A stretch of DNA of 64,000 bases from the IMG/VR virus record IMGVR_UViG_3300037448_000016, positions 1-64,000 of that record; one strand, given 5' to 3'. Each line of letters starts with the position of its first letter. The stretch's first letter is position 1. Positions 24,143 through 33,528 of this stretch are shown here, piece after piece. Source of the stretch: a virus. Lineage: Duplodnaviria; Caudoviricetes. The translations under genes and the position numbers were made by a program. The notes under the pieces were generated by a model, which was not told the DNA's origin, did not search any database, and saw only the letters and a list, made by a program, of their open reading frames with translations.

Positions 24143-26016
24143 GGCGTGCCTTCCGGGTCGCTGGTGCTGGTGTCGAACATCTGACGGTGCCTGTTCTGCG
24201 CGGCTTTACGCGCTTCCTCCCGGTCCTGCTCGGCGGCCATCCGGGCGTATTCCTCACGGACCACGTCCAGCGGCCGGGTGTAGAACTCGGTCTGCGTGTT
24301 GGCCGGTGGCGGTACCGGGTCCGGAACGAACTCCTCACCGGCCTGGGACGGCCGGTACAGCACCGCGCCGGGCGCCTCCGAGCCCTCGTCGTCGCTGGGC
24401 TCGGAGGCGGGTGCGGCCTGAGCCGAGGTGAGGTAAGACGTGACGTGGGCGTGGGCGTCACGGACCCGCTCCATCCGCTCCTCGTGCTCCTCCTCGCTCT
24501 CCCGCGCCCCGGCGGCGGCGCCCTTGCTGACGGCCCAGGCCATGGCGCCGATGCCGGTGACCTTGCCGACCACGTGCCGGACCAGCCTGCCGTGCCCGCG
24601 TATGCGACCGGCGCTCATCAGCGCGAGCGCTTTCCGGTCGGGCCGCAGCGCCGTCCAGAAAATGAAGACACCCAGGCCCATCAGCAGGAAAGACACCCAC
24701 GTCGGCCAGCCCGGCTGCATCACGGCCTCGGTGTAGACGGTATAGAGCCAGGTCCCGATCGCTGCGGTCACCACGATGCCGAGCGCCTGCGACGTGGTGT
24801 CGAGCAGCCCCTTGCCCGTCCGGTGCCCCTGCGGAGTGACCAGCCACGGCGAGGCGAGCAGCCAGACGATCCCGAGGATGGCCAGCAGCAGGATGCACAT
24901 GATCATCAGGAGGTTGGCGAAGATCCGGAAGAACGCCACCGTCAGCGCGAACGCCATCTCGTACAGCGCCGGGCCCGACCCGGCGGCCTGCTCACCGGTC
25001 AGCCACCGGTACGCCGCCGGGTCGGAATCTTTCACCTCACCAGCGATCTTCTTAAACGCATCCGACTTCTCTTTCAGCAGCGCCTGGCGATCCTTGATCC
25101 GTTCCTCGCGATCGGCCTTGTCCTTGGCGAGCGCCGGGTCGGTGGCCTGGGCTTGGGCCCAGGTGATCCGGGTGGCGGCCAGCAGCGCCGGGCCGTACGT
25201 GCGGGCGGTGTCAGACTCGTCGGTGCCGAACGTCCGCCGCAGCCAGCCGTCGTAGTGGATGGCCTCCATCGCCCGGTCGGTCGCGGCCTGGGCCGGGGAG
25301 GCGCCTTCGTACAGCGACGAGGTCACCGCACCGACTCCGGCCTGCGTGCTGGTCGCCACCTTCGTCGGGGCCATGATGACGAAACCACCGATCAGCAGGA
25401 CGATCATGACCCAGGTGATCTGGCTCATCACACCCGCCGTGTCGCCGCGCTTGGCGCGCCGGAACAGCATGACGGTGCAGAACAGCAGCCCCAGACCCAG
25501 GAACGGCAGCAGGATCCGCTTGGAGATCACCGTGATGGCCTTGTTCGCCAGCGTGCCGAGCAGTTTCGTCACCCAGGACGGATCGAACGCGAACCGGCTG
25601 GTGGCGTCCGCCGCCGCCGTGGAGGCTTGCCCGATGCCGACCAGTTTCCTGGCCAGCGACTCGTCACCCCAGGCGTTCAGGTGCTTGCCCCAGTTCGTCA
25701 CGTTGATCGAGCAGCCCAGGTCGTAGGTGAACGGCGACATTCCGGAGAAGCCGCTGGTCTCGTACAGGTGCGCGGGGTCGACCGGCTTCTCCCCGACGTC
25801 CGGCGGGTCACTGGGCCGGTCGGCGAACAGGCCGGGCACGCCGACGCTGGGCAACTGCGGTACGGGCGCGGACGGCTGGCAGACCCCCGGCAGGGCCTTC
25901 TCCACGGCGAGGGGCTCCGCCGCCTGGGCCCGGGAGCCGAGCGCGATGCTGAGCAGTACCGCGAGCAGCAGCACGCCGGAAGCGATCCGGCCGATGGTGG
26001 ACTTCAGGATCCTCAT
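24139..26016 (-). CDS. polytopic membrane protein, VirB6/TrbL/TcpH-like
   Basis: Signal peptide, multiple TM helices in two clusters, soluble tail; ATGA-coupled to VirB4. Confidence 0.75.
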   Translation of the reverse strand: MRILKSTIGRIASGVLLLAVLLSIALGSRAQAAEPLAVEKALPGVCQPSAPVPQLPSVGVPGLFADRPSDPPDVGEKPVDPAHLYETSGFSGMSPFTYDLGCSINVTNWGKHLNAWGDESLARKLVGIGQASTAAADATSRFAFDPSWVTKLLGTLANKAITVISKRILLPFLGLGLLFCTVMLFRRAKRGDTAGVMSQITWVMIVLLIGGFVIMAPTKVATSTQAGVGAVTSSLYEGASPAQAATDRAMEAIHYDGWLRRTFGTDESDTARTYGPALLAATRITWAQAQATDPALAKDKADREERIKDRQALLKEKSDAFKKIAGEVKDSDPAAYRWLTGEQAAGSGPALYEMAFALTVAFFRIFANLLMIMCILLLAILGIVWLLASPWLVTPQGHRTGKGLLDTTSQALGIVVTAAIGTWLYTVYTEAVMQPGWPTWVSFLLMGLGVFIFWTALRPDRKALALMSAGRIRGHGRLVRHVVGKVTGIGAMAWAVSKGAAAGARESEEEHEERMERVRDAHAHVTSYLTSAQAAPASEPSDDEGSEAPGAVLYRPSQAGEEFVPDPVPPPANTQTEFYTRPLDVVREEYARMAAEQDREEARKAAQNRHRQMFDTSTSDPEGTP

Positions 26017-28601
26017 ACCAGTTCCCCTTCGCGGTAGGCCCATCCTTCGGCACCGGCCGGGGTGGGGTTGGTCAGGACGACGTTACGCAGCGCCTGGTGA
26101 TAGTCGACGTCGACTTTCAGGCCGCCGACTCGCCCGTCCGCGTCCAGGTGGACGAACTCGCCGGGGCGTCGGGTCGAAAGTTCCATCAGCACACGGGCAT
26201 ACGACTTGTCCTCGATGTGGAGGATCGACAGCATCGCCTCGGCTGGTTCCGGGTTGGCCATCCGGCCGACGAACGCACCGGCCAGGAAGTTGCGCAGTTC
26301 GCCACCCATCATCTCGTCGGTGACGTTTTTCAGCCCGAGGTACACCGCGATGTTCCACTTGGAGTGGTCACGGCCCAGACGGTTCAGTTGCCCGCGCCCC
26401 GTTCCAGTGTCGAGCAGGTCCTCGGCTTCGTCGAAAATGCCGATGGCCCGTTCGTGGCGCGGCTTGCTGAACAGCAGCCGGTCCGTGTAGAGCGACGTCA
26501 AAAGGAGGATCGGGTCGGCGGCGTGCTCCGTCGCCGTCCAGTCGACCCGGTCCGAGGAGTCCGGCGCCCGGCGGATCCCGGGGGTCGAGATCACGGTCAG
26601 ACCGGAGTATGACGCCGGAGAAAAGTCGTCGGTCGACTTCTCCGGGGGGAACAGCAGGCGGAACAGCGGCATGTCGGCAGCGTCCCGCAGCGCGGCCGAG
26701 ACCTGGTCGGCGTGCTCGTCGCCCAGGGTCTCCAGCCCGTTGATCAGGTCCCACATCGTCGCGTACTGCGTCCAGCGGGTCAGGCCAGCCGCCCGGCGCA
26801 GCGCCCCGAAGGTGGCGGGGTGCCCGTACAGGTCGGGGGTCAGGCACCGCCGGGCCACATCGATCGTCAGGGCCCGGCGCTGGGCCAGCGCCTCGTCCTC
26901 CGACGTCGCCGAATCCGAGTCGTAGCGGATCAGGCTCGGCGGGTTCAAGATGCCGCGCTCGCCTTCGAGCAGGTTCAGCGAGCGGCTGATCCCCCGCAGT
27001 TCCGGCATCTGGCACAAGGCCATCATCGGGCCGGACGGGTCACGGGCGACCACCCGGCCACCGCGCCGGGCGCCGTGGTAGGCGATCGACTCCAGCAGCA
27101 CCGACTTGCCGCCGCCGAGGGTGGACACGACCGCCCACATGTTCTGCGAGCGGCCCAGTTCTCCCCGGCCTTCGGTGGCGTACCACGGGTCGTGCATGAC
27201 CGGGCGCCGGGCGGCCCCAAGCGTGAAGCCGATGTACGGGCCCCGGCCGTCCCCGATGGCGCTGGACACGTTCGGCATCCCGGCGGCCAGGTAGGACAGC
27301 CGGACCTGACGCTGGTAGCCGCTGGTGTCGTAGGACTCGCCGGGGACCGTTTCCCGCAGTCGCATCGCCTGGCCGTGCGCGGCGGTGAAATCCATCCGCA
27401 TCGCGCCGGAGCCGTACAGCCGCCGGAAGGCGTCGGCCCGCTCCTCACAGGACTGCTCGGCCGACTTGACCACCCGCCCGTCCCGCTCGCGCGTCTCCTC
27501 ACCGACGATGATCGCGTTGATCGTCCCGACGAACCGGGCCGCGTACCGGGGCTGGCCGGTGGTGACCTGGTCGCGGATCTCCTTGGCCAGCGAGATACCC
27601 CGCTCGGTGTACTCGGGCGGCAGTTCGTCGAACAGCCGGTAGGTGTCGTTGATGTTGATGGCCTTGTTCAGGTCGAGGGTGGCCTGCTTCGCCAGTTCCT
27701 CGCCGGAGCGGATCCGGCCCTGCAACGACCACTCCACGGCGATGGGGGAGCCGTCCGAGTCGACCAGACGCTCGGCGAACGCCTGCCACGGCTCCAGCCC
27801 GTTCTCCGGGTAGTGCAGGTCGGCCAGCCGCGCGGCGGTCAGCACCTGCACGTGCCGGGTCTGCTGCACGCCGTCACGCCATGCCGTGACCTCGACCGTG
27901 CGGTCGAAGCGTGACTCGGCCCACCGCACGTCGTTGGACAACTCGGGAAGGTCACGCACGTCCCAGCCGGTCTCGGCTGCACGCATGGGGGCGGGCATTC
28001 CGGGGGCCAGCGAGCGCTCGTGGATCCAGCCCTGCTCGCGCTCGGTCATGCGTACGGCACGCCACCCGGTCACGGCGTCATGCACACGCTTCTCCTCCGC
28101 CAGAAGCGTGCCGACCTCCGCCGACACGGGCGTGCCCGTGCGTGCGTGCGTGAGGATCTCGCCCCGCACGTCACGGCCGGGCTCCACCGTGCCGACCGTG
28201 AACCAGCGGAAGACGATCTTGTCTTCCATGCCGGACGCCCCGATCCGCCGCTGCATCCGCACCAGGTAGTCGTCCCAGGTCTCCCCGTCCACATCCGGTA
28301 CGGGAGCCGGGGTGCGCCGGTCCAGGTCGGCGGCCCAGGCCGCAACGGGGTGCGGGCGGTTCGTGACGCGCTCCCTGAAGTCCCGGCCCGCCAGTTCGGC
28401 CCAGACGTCGGCCGACGCCTCAATGAGCCCGCTACGGGCCTCCAGAGGCATGAAGTCCCAGCGGGACGCCCCGATCCGGTACCCGGCCCAGACCCGGCCG
28501 TCGCTGGCCACCACCAGATTGGAGACGATCTGCCGGACACCCGGGGCGATCTGAGCGTGCATCGGAGCCGAAAGGTCGGCTTTCGCCTTACGCCAGATCA
28601 T
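26013..28601 (-). CDS. virB4: VirB4-like conjugation ATPase (ConE/TcpF type)
   Basis: About 860 aa; Walker A STLGGGKS, VVARDPSG, LNLLEG..GILNP, Walker B GIFDEAE, GEFVHLDADGRVG. Confidence 0.8.
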   Translation of the reverse strand: MIWRKAKADLSAPMHAQIAPGVRQIVSNLVVASDGRVWAGYRIGASRWDFMPLEARSGLIEASADVWAELAGRDFRERVTNRPHPVAAWAADLDRRTPAPVPDVDGETWDDYLVRMQRRIGASGMEDKIVFRWFTVGTVEPGRDVRGEILTHARTGTPVSAEVGTLLAEEKRVHDAVTGWRAVRMTEREQGWIHERSLAPGMPAPMRAAETGWDVRDLPELSNDVRWAESRFDRTVEVTAWRDGVQQTRHVQVLTAARLADLHYPENGLEPWQAFAERLVDSDGSPIAVEWSLQGRIRSGEELAKQATLDLNKAININDTYRLFDELPPEYTERGISLAKEIRDQVTTGQPRYAARFVGTINAIIVGEETRERDGRVVKSAEQSCEERADAFRRLYGSGAMRMDFTAAHGQAMRLRETVPGESYDTSGYQRQVRLSYLAAGMPNVSSAIGDGRGPYIGFTLGAARRPVMHDPWYATEGRGELGRSQNMWAVVSTLGGGKSVLLESIAYHGARRGGRVVARDPSGPMMALCQMPELRGISRSLNLLEGERGILNPPSLIRYDSDSATSEDEALAQRRALTIDVARRCLTPDLYGHPATFGALRRAAGLTRWTQYATMWDLINGLETLGDEHADQVSAALRDAADMPLFRLLFPPEKSTDDFSPASYSGLTVISTPGIRRAPDSSDRVDWTATEHAADPILLLTSLYTDRLLFSKPRHERAIGIFDEAEDLLDTGTGRGQLNRLGRDHSKWNIAVYLGLKNVTDEMMGGELRNFLAGAFVGRMANPEPAEAMLSILHIEDKSYARVLMELSTRRPGEFVHLDADGRVGGLKVDVDYHQALRNVVLTNPTPAGAEGWAYREGELV

Positions 28602-29577
28602 CGATCTCCCCCTGCCGGACAGCGGCCTCTTCGGCAACGGACACCATGGCTTCGTACGCCTGACCGAACTCCGAGCGCTGCACGCAGAACACGCTCCCGG
28701 TCTCGGTGTTGAACACGACGACCGTGCCGTCTTCGAGCGGCACGCCGTTGGCCGTGACCGCTGCACGCACGAGCACCTCCGTGCCCGTGCCGTCCGCGTG
28801 CAGCACGCGCTTCATCTGCACGCGCGTGACCTGCACGCTGGCCCCCCGGTCACGCAACCACACCAGCACGTGCTGGCCGAGGCGCTCGTCGCGTGCAGTG
28901 GAGTCGAACAGCATCGCCTCCACCACGGGCCTGCGTTCCCTGTACTTGATCACCATGATGTCCTCCGGGTCGTAGTCGTTCAGGCTGGCCATGAAGTCGA
29001 GCAGGACCTGGTCGGCCTGCTCCGTGTCGAGAACGAGGGGAAGGACCTCCACGGCGAGGGGGGTCCGCAGCGGGGCGACACCGCGCCACTGCTCCGGCAG
29101 CGTGCGCAGCCAGAAGGTCACCGGCCGGTTCCCGTCGATGAACGGGCGGGCCTGGCGCACCAGCAGGAACGCGACCAGCACGGCCAGCGGCCCGGCGGCC
29201 CAGAACGGCGACGGGAAGATCCACTTCGCCGGATTCGGGACGATCACGAGGCCGAACAGCACCGCCACCCCAGCGATGACCACCTGGCCCCGCCTGCGGG
29301 CCGCTGCGGGCCTGGAGAAGGTCAGGCGGGCCAAGTGGTCCAGGGCCATCCCGTTGGCCGCCCAGCGGCCGAACAGGGCCGCGCTGAGGCCGACGATGCC
29401 GCCTACCGGGACCACCAGCCACAGCAGGGCGAACAGCACCGGCACCGACAGCAGGCCGATCGCCCACTCGGTGTACGTCGCGTCGAACGGCCAGCGCCAC
29501 GCACCGGTCGGCCCCAGCCACGGCGAGCGCAGATTGCGCGAGGCGTCCTCGCTGCGCTGGATCACCGCCACAACCAC
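28588..29577 (-). CDS. TcpE/VirB3-like membrane protein fused to a phage-type C-terminal domain
   Basis: N-terminal multi-TM part directly upstream of VirB4; C-terminal KYRERRPVVEA...F..AYE domain with an internal RBS; the start may be 29565. Confidence 0.6.
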   Translation of the reverse strand: MVVAVIQRSEDASRNLRSPWLGPTGAWRWPFDATYTEWAIGLLSVPVLFALLWLVVPVGGIVGLSAALFGRWAANGMALDHLARLTFSRPAAARRRGQVVIAGVAVLFGLVIVPNPAKWIFPSPFWAAGPLAVLVAFLLVRQARPFIDGNRPVTFWLRTLPEQWRGVAPLRTPLAVEVLPLVLDTEQADQVLLDFMASLNDYDPEDIMVIKYRERRPVVEAMLFDSTARDERLGQHVLVWLRDRGASVQVTRVQMKRVLHADGTGTEVLVRAAVTANGVPLEDGTVVVFNTETGSVFCVQRSEFGQAYEAMVSVAEEAAVRQGEIDDLA

Positions 29578-29657
29578 CGATCGAACGCCTCCACCGCGAC
29601 GAGCCCGGCCAGCACGGCACCGGCCAGCACCCCCGCCACGAACAGCACGGGCCTCAC
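29562..29657 (-). CDS. 31-aa single-TM peptide
   Basis: GTGA coupling; VRPVLFVAGVLAGAVLAGLVAV... Confidence 0.5.
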   Translation of the reverse strand: MRPVLFVAGVLAGAVLAGLVAVEAFDRWLWR

Positions 29658-30052
29658 TCCGGCTGCCCGTCGCGCGACGGCTCCGGGCCGAACCCGGCCG
29701 ACGTGAGCACCTGCTGGAAGGCGTCGAGCGCTGAACCGCTCGTGAGCGGCCGGTTGAGCGCTGGCGCCCCGATCCGGGCGAATCGGATCTCCAGGTTCAT
29801 GAGCCCGTGGCTGACGAGGTGGTCGACCTCCACGTTGGACAGCGTCCACACCGTGGCGATCGGCTCGGCGAAGAAATGCGCCTTCAGCGCGTCCGCGATC
29901 CCGTCCGGCAGGACGCTGGCCGGGACACGCCTGGGGAGGGACGGCCGGTCTCGTTCCGGGCCGCCCTCGCTGAACGTCAGGGTGACGTCGTCGATGTAGT
30001 TGCCTTCCACCTCCCGGCGGAAGTGGCTGAGGTGGTACTTCAGGTCGCTCAC
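29654..30052 (-). CDS. hypothetical protein
   Basis: GTGA coupling. Confidence 0.65.
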   Translation of the reverse strand: MSDLKYHLSHFRREVEGNYIDDVTLTFSEGGPERDRPSLPRRVPASVLPDGIADALKAHFFAEPIATVWTLSNVEVDHLVSHGLMNLEIRFARIGAPALNRPLTSGSALDAFQQVLTSAGFGPEPSRDGQPE

Positions 30053-30348
30053 TTGCTCAGGAAGGGGACGGACCAGCCGAGGAACGCGGCGGCGAAGGCC
30101 AGGCCGGTACCGGCGATCCCGATCGCGCCGGGGATGAGCGCGAGCAGGGTGGCGCCGACGATGTCGAAGATCTTGCGGGTGTTGCCCTTGCGGGCGTGCC
30201 CGGCGAGCGCTGCGAGCGTGATCCAGATCAGAACGAGGCTGATCCCGAGCAGCAGCAGCGCGCGGGCCTTGTTCAGAGTGCTGTTCGGCGTGAAATCGCC
30301 GGTGGCGGCCAACTCGGTGGCGGCCTGGAGAGCCTGCACGTGGGTCAT
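30049..30348 (-). CDS. small two-TM protein, VirB2/pilin-like
   Basis: 99 aa, two hydrophobic helices linked by ARKGN; first gene of the operon, RBS GAGAGGGG. Confidence 0.6.
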   Translation of the reverse strand: MTHVQALQAATELAATGDFTPNSTLNKARALLLLGISLVLIWITLAALAGHARKGNTRKIFDIVGATLLALIPGAIGIAGTGLAFAAAFLGWSVPFLSK

Positions 30349-30377
30349 GGCTTAACCCCTCTCGCTAGTGGGCTATC

Positions 30378-30408
30378 AACATAACACGTGTAGTCAGGCC
30401 GTTGTCAA
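30378..30408 (-). promoter_or_regulatory. promoter of the conjugation cluster, TTGACA-N19-TATGTT
   Basis: TTGACAACGGCCTGACT shares the phage-wide 11-bp TGAC repeat. Confidence 0.65.
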
Positions 30409-30446
30409 CCCGCCGTACGCGGTGCGTAACCGTCACAGGGCGCGGA

Positions 30447-30690
30447 ACCAGGGATTTTTTGGCAGGGACAGGGAAATTCAAAACACAGGCTCTATGGGCA
30501 CATAGGAGCAAATAGTTTCTGGAGTCCCTAGAGACCCTCTGAGCACGAAAAAAATCCCTGGCAGGGAGAAAACTTCCCTAGCCGGACGGCGCCAGCGGCG
30601 CACCCGCTACGCCGCGGAGGCAGTCCGCTACCCACTGCGACGGCAGGGAGAAATGCGAAAGGGGCCAGGATCGAAAAATCCCTGGCCCCT
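30447..30690. repeat. cluster of CAGGGA repeats with A/T tracts in both orientations
   Basis: CAGGGATTTTTT, CAGGGAC, CAGGGAAA, AAAAAAATCCCTG, CAGGGAGAAAA, CAGGGAGAAAT, AAAAATCCCTG. Confidence 0.6.
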
Positions 30691-30691
30691 T
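30659..30691 (-). terminator. terminator of the late/lysis operon
   Basis: AAGGGGCCAGG/CCTGGCCCCTT stem just after the holin stop. Confidence 0.7.
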
Positions 30692-30703
30692 CGTCACGCT
30701 CGG

Positions 30704-31069
30704 TTACCGGGTTGCGGTGTGCCCGAGCACCCGAACGCCGTAGTGGTCAGCCACGTTGGCCACGGTGCCGACCTGGATGGCGCCGACGAACGCGATCAGG
30801 ATGGCCGCCCGCTCCGCAGGGGAGATCACGCCGTCCGTCCAGGCGTCCACTACGGCCAGCACGACCGCCGTGAAGATGGCGATGGCCTCCTTGGCGTTGG
30901 GCTGGGTGACGGTGTTGGCCTTGAAGTACACCGCCAGCGCGCCCAGGAACGTCACCACGGCGCCGATGACCACCGGCCGGGTAAAGTCCCCGGCGATGAG
31001 CGCGGCGGCCCCAGTGGAGCCCAGGACGGCGATGAGCGCGTACTGAATTGCTTTCGCTGCGTAATCCAT
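30704..31069 (-). CDS. holin
   Basis: 121 aa, four TM helices, immediately after the endolysin. Confidence 0.75.
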   Translation of the reverse strand: MDYAAKAIQYALIAVLGSTGAAALIAGDFTRPVVIGAVVTFLGALAVYFKANTVTQPNAKEAIAIFTAVVLAVVDAWTDGVISPAERAAILIAFVGAIQVGTVANVADHYGVRVLGHTATR

Positions 31070-31092
31070 TGCTTACTCCTACGTCGCCCGGC

Positions 31093-31815
31093 TCAGCCGG
31101 TCCACTTGATGCCGAGGGCCTTGCAGGTGAGCGGGCCCACGGCGGGATTCCTGTGATCCGCCCGCAGCGCGGGGGATGGTGAGTGCAACTTGAACGACTG
31201 CACCGCAGCCGTCGTCTTCGGGCCGAAGTCGCCGTCTGCGGTCAGCCGTGCCTTGGCCACCGCGTTCAGCGTCTTCTGGAGCAGGATGGTCGAGCGGTGA
31301 TGGGACGTACCGGGCACCAGCACGAACGAGATCGACTTCGTCGGGGTCTTCGCTTCACGGGCCACGCGGATCTTCTTGGCCAGCGCGGCGACCGCTGCCT
31401 TACCCGCGTTGATCTCGAAGTGCATCTCGTCCTTGCGGGAGGTGTAGTGCCCGCCCCAGCGGACCACACCGTCGCAGAAGTCGAGGATCTTGTCGATCGC
31501 CGCGACCTGTTTCGTGGTGAACGTGCCCCGGGCCGCCAGCGGGTGCTGGGGGGCGTTCAGATCGATCGCCGTACCGCTGGCGTGGTTGGAGATGGCCGTG
31601 GAACTGCCCCGGATCGTGCGGGCCGCGTAGCCCCAGCAACCGGGGACGACCAGGCGCTCAACGGTCTTGTTGAACTCGTCCGCGACGTAGATCAGCACGG
31701 TGGCGACGTCGCCGGGCAGGATCGGCAACTTCACGGTGGTGGCGCCGGGCACGATGAAGGTGGCGATGTCGGCACGAGCGACGACCGGCCACCCGTTCTG
31801 GCTGTGATCGGTCAT
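31093..31815 (-). CDS. endolysin: M15-family peptidase plus PG-binding domain
   Basis: SQNGWP, WGYA.R.IRG, SNHASGTAID, RWGG, DEMHFEI; LQKTL...DGDFGPKT..AV..F. Confidence 0.9.
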   Translation of the reverse strand: MTDHSQNGWPVVARADIATFIVPGATTVKLPILPGDVATVLIYVADEFNKTVERLVVPGCWGYAARTIRGSSTAISNHASGTAIDLNAPQHPLAARGTFTTKQVAAIDKILDFCDGVVRWGGHYTSRKDEMHFEINAGKAAVAALAKKIRVAREAKTPTKSISFVLVPGTSHHRSTILLQKTLNAVAKARLTADGDFGPKTTAAVQSFKLHSPSPALRADHRNPAVGPLTCKALGIKWTG

Positions 31816-31919
31816 CAGTCATCCACCCCTTCAGGGAACTCGTCGGGGTCGGCGTAGTCATCCGGCTCGACGGCGGTGTCGTCCGGGTCTGTCACTTCCT
31901 CGCTCGGCTGGGTGCTCAT
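31815..31919 (-). CDS. 34-aa acidic peptide
   Basis: Coupled on both sides; MSTQPSEEVTDPDD... Confidence 0.5.
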   Translation of the reverse strand: MSTQPSEEVTDPDDTAVEPDDYADPDEFPEGVDD

Positions 31920-32302
31920 GGTGTGTGGTCTCCTAGGCTCGGGCGCTCCTTCAGATGGCGCACCTGTTCCAATAATGACTCGTATCGCCGGGCAAAATCG
32001 TCCCGCTCTGCCCGAATTTGCGCTTCCAGACGATTGATGTCGCTTATGTACCGCTGGCGCTCGGCATTGAACTGGGCCCGCTCCTCCGCGAGAGTCGTCC
32101 TCAGCCGGGCGTTATCCTCCGCGAGTTCGTCCCGGGCCCGCGCGATCGTGGCGATCGAGGCGTCCACGAAAGTATTTTGCGTGATCTCCTTGGGCGGGCG
32201 GTTCTTCCAGTCCTTATAGGTCTCGTAGGCGTACTTGGCGCCACCACCGGTCATGAGGACGGTGGCGATAGCGACCCAGGGGTCTGGCGTCGAATTAGGC
32301 AT
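31916..32302 (-). CDS. single-TM coiled-coil protein (lysis accessory)
   Basis: N-terminal TM and heptad region; position before the endolysin. Confidence 0.7.
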   Translation of the reverse strand: MPNSTPDPWVAIATVLMTGGGAKYAYETYKDWKNRPPKEITQNTFVDASIATIARARDELAEDNARLRTTLAEERAQFNAERQRYISDINRLEAQIRAERDDFARRYESLLEQVRHLKERPSLGDHTP

Positions 32303-32717
32303 CAGTTGTTCCCGAGGTCCGTTCCATCTCCTTGACCAACGCCGACTCGCGATCCTTAAGCCACCACCCCCTCAGGAGGCAGACGGCCGACAGCATTGCG
32401 AGGAGCCCGGCGACTGCTCCGCCCCGGCTCCAGCCCGACGTCCCGACCACGGTGGCCGCGTACGCGACCATTGTGGCTGAGAACAGATACATCCCACGGG
32501 CAACGGTTCGGTACCGCTTCTTCCAGAAGATCCCGCTCATCACCGAAACCCCGGCGATCAGCATCAGGACGCCCAGCCCCATCATGACCGCCGGGGGCAG
32601 GCCCCTCAGCGAACTGCTCGGCGGCTGCCCCAGAATCACCTCGACGGCGATGTAGAGACCCCATGCCGTCATGCCGCTCTCCAGAGGGAACTCGGCAAGG
32701 TTCCGGGGGAACGTCAT
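32295..32717 (-). CDS. four-TM membrane protein (lysis cassette)
   Basis: Hydrophobic helices; start may be slightly upstream. Confidence 0.65.
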   Translation of the reverse strand: MTFPRNLAEFPLESGMTAWGLYIAVEVILGQPPSSSLRGLPPAVMMGLGVLMLIAGVSVMSGIFWKKRYRTVARGMYLFSATMVAYAATVVGTSGWSRGGAVAGLLAMLSAVCLLRGWWLKDRESALVKEMERTSGTTDA

Positions 32718-32772
32718 CAGCAGGATCTTCCGTTGCAGACGGGCGCGGGCGGTAATCAAAAGAGGCTCCAGT

Positions 32773-33528
32773 TCACAGGATTCGCACGATGTACGGCAGC
32801 GAAAGGTAGGGCGGCATGTTGTTGTGCGCCGTGCCGGACCCCACAGATGAGTGAGTGTGCCCGCCGTTCGCGCTGGAGGTGTTCGAGCCGGACGGGGTCG
32901 GCAGGAGCGTGCCGAACAGGTCAGCCGTCTTCGAGCGGTTGTCCGTGACGTACGACTGCACAGTGTGCGTATGGTCGCCCACCCCTCCGTGATCATGGGC
33001 GGGCAGGTTGGCCACGGTCAGCGTGGCGGTCTCGGCCCCGCCGGTGGTGGCCTGCGCGTGGCTGGCCGACACGCCGAGCGGGAACTTGCCTCGCAGGTCC
33101 GGCAGGTTGAAAGTGGTTGACCCGTCGCCGGTCCCGTACGCGGTTCCCATCGTGGCGAACGCGACCGGGTAGTCCGTCCGGCTGATCGCTGAACCGTCGC
33201 AGACGGCCCACCCGGCAGGCGCCGTGGAGCCAGCGAACGGCATGATGGCCCCGATCGGGTTGGCGCTCGACTCGCCGGACAGCCGACCCCCGACGATCCA
33301 TACTGATGAGTATTGAAGCAACCACACACGGTCACCAACATGGAGGAAGGTGTCTTCGGAGCGCGACACCCAGCCGGTACCGGTCTCCGACGTCTGCACC
33401 TTGCCGCCCGCCCCCGCGTCCACTGCCGTGATGGTGGCGAATCGCATGGTCAGCGGGCGATCTCCCGACGTCGACAACTGGTCGGCCAGTTTCTCGATCG
33501 CGGTGGCGTTCGCCGATGAGTCAGCCAT
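32773..33528 (-). CDS. minor tail protein with tail-collar domain
   Basis: PIGAIMPFAG..APAGW..CDG..ISR..Y...FNLPDLRG..HNNMPPY. Confidence 0.85.
   Translation of the reverse strand: MADSSANATAIEKLADQLSTSGDRPLTMRFATITAVDAGAGGKVQTSETGTGWVSRSEDTFLHVGDRVWLLQYSSVWIVGGRLSGESSANPIGAIMPFAGSTAPAGWAVCDGSAISRTDYPVAFATMGTAYGTGDGSTTFNLPDLRGKFPLGVSASHAQATTGGAETATLTVANLPAHDHGGVGDHTHTVQSYVTDNRSKTADLFGTLLPTPSGSNTSSANGGHTHSSVGSGTAHNNMPPYLSLPYIVRIL

Noticed and set aside
24187-26037. 616-aa plus-strand ORF, and similar long antisense ORFs (14449-16140, 34683-37202, 52633-53847)
   Set aside because: These are antisense shadows of well-supported genes, expected from high GC3; they have no RBS or operon context.
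22387-30408. Independent ICE or transposon inserted in the phage
   Set aside because: No integrase, transposase, relaxase or flanking direct repeats were seen, and the promoter matches the phage motif. Not fully excluded without comparative data.
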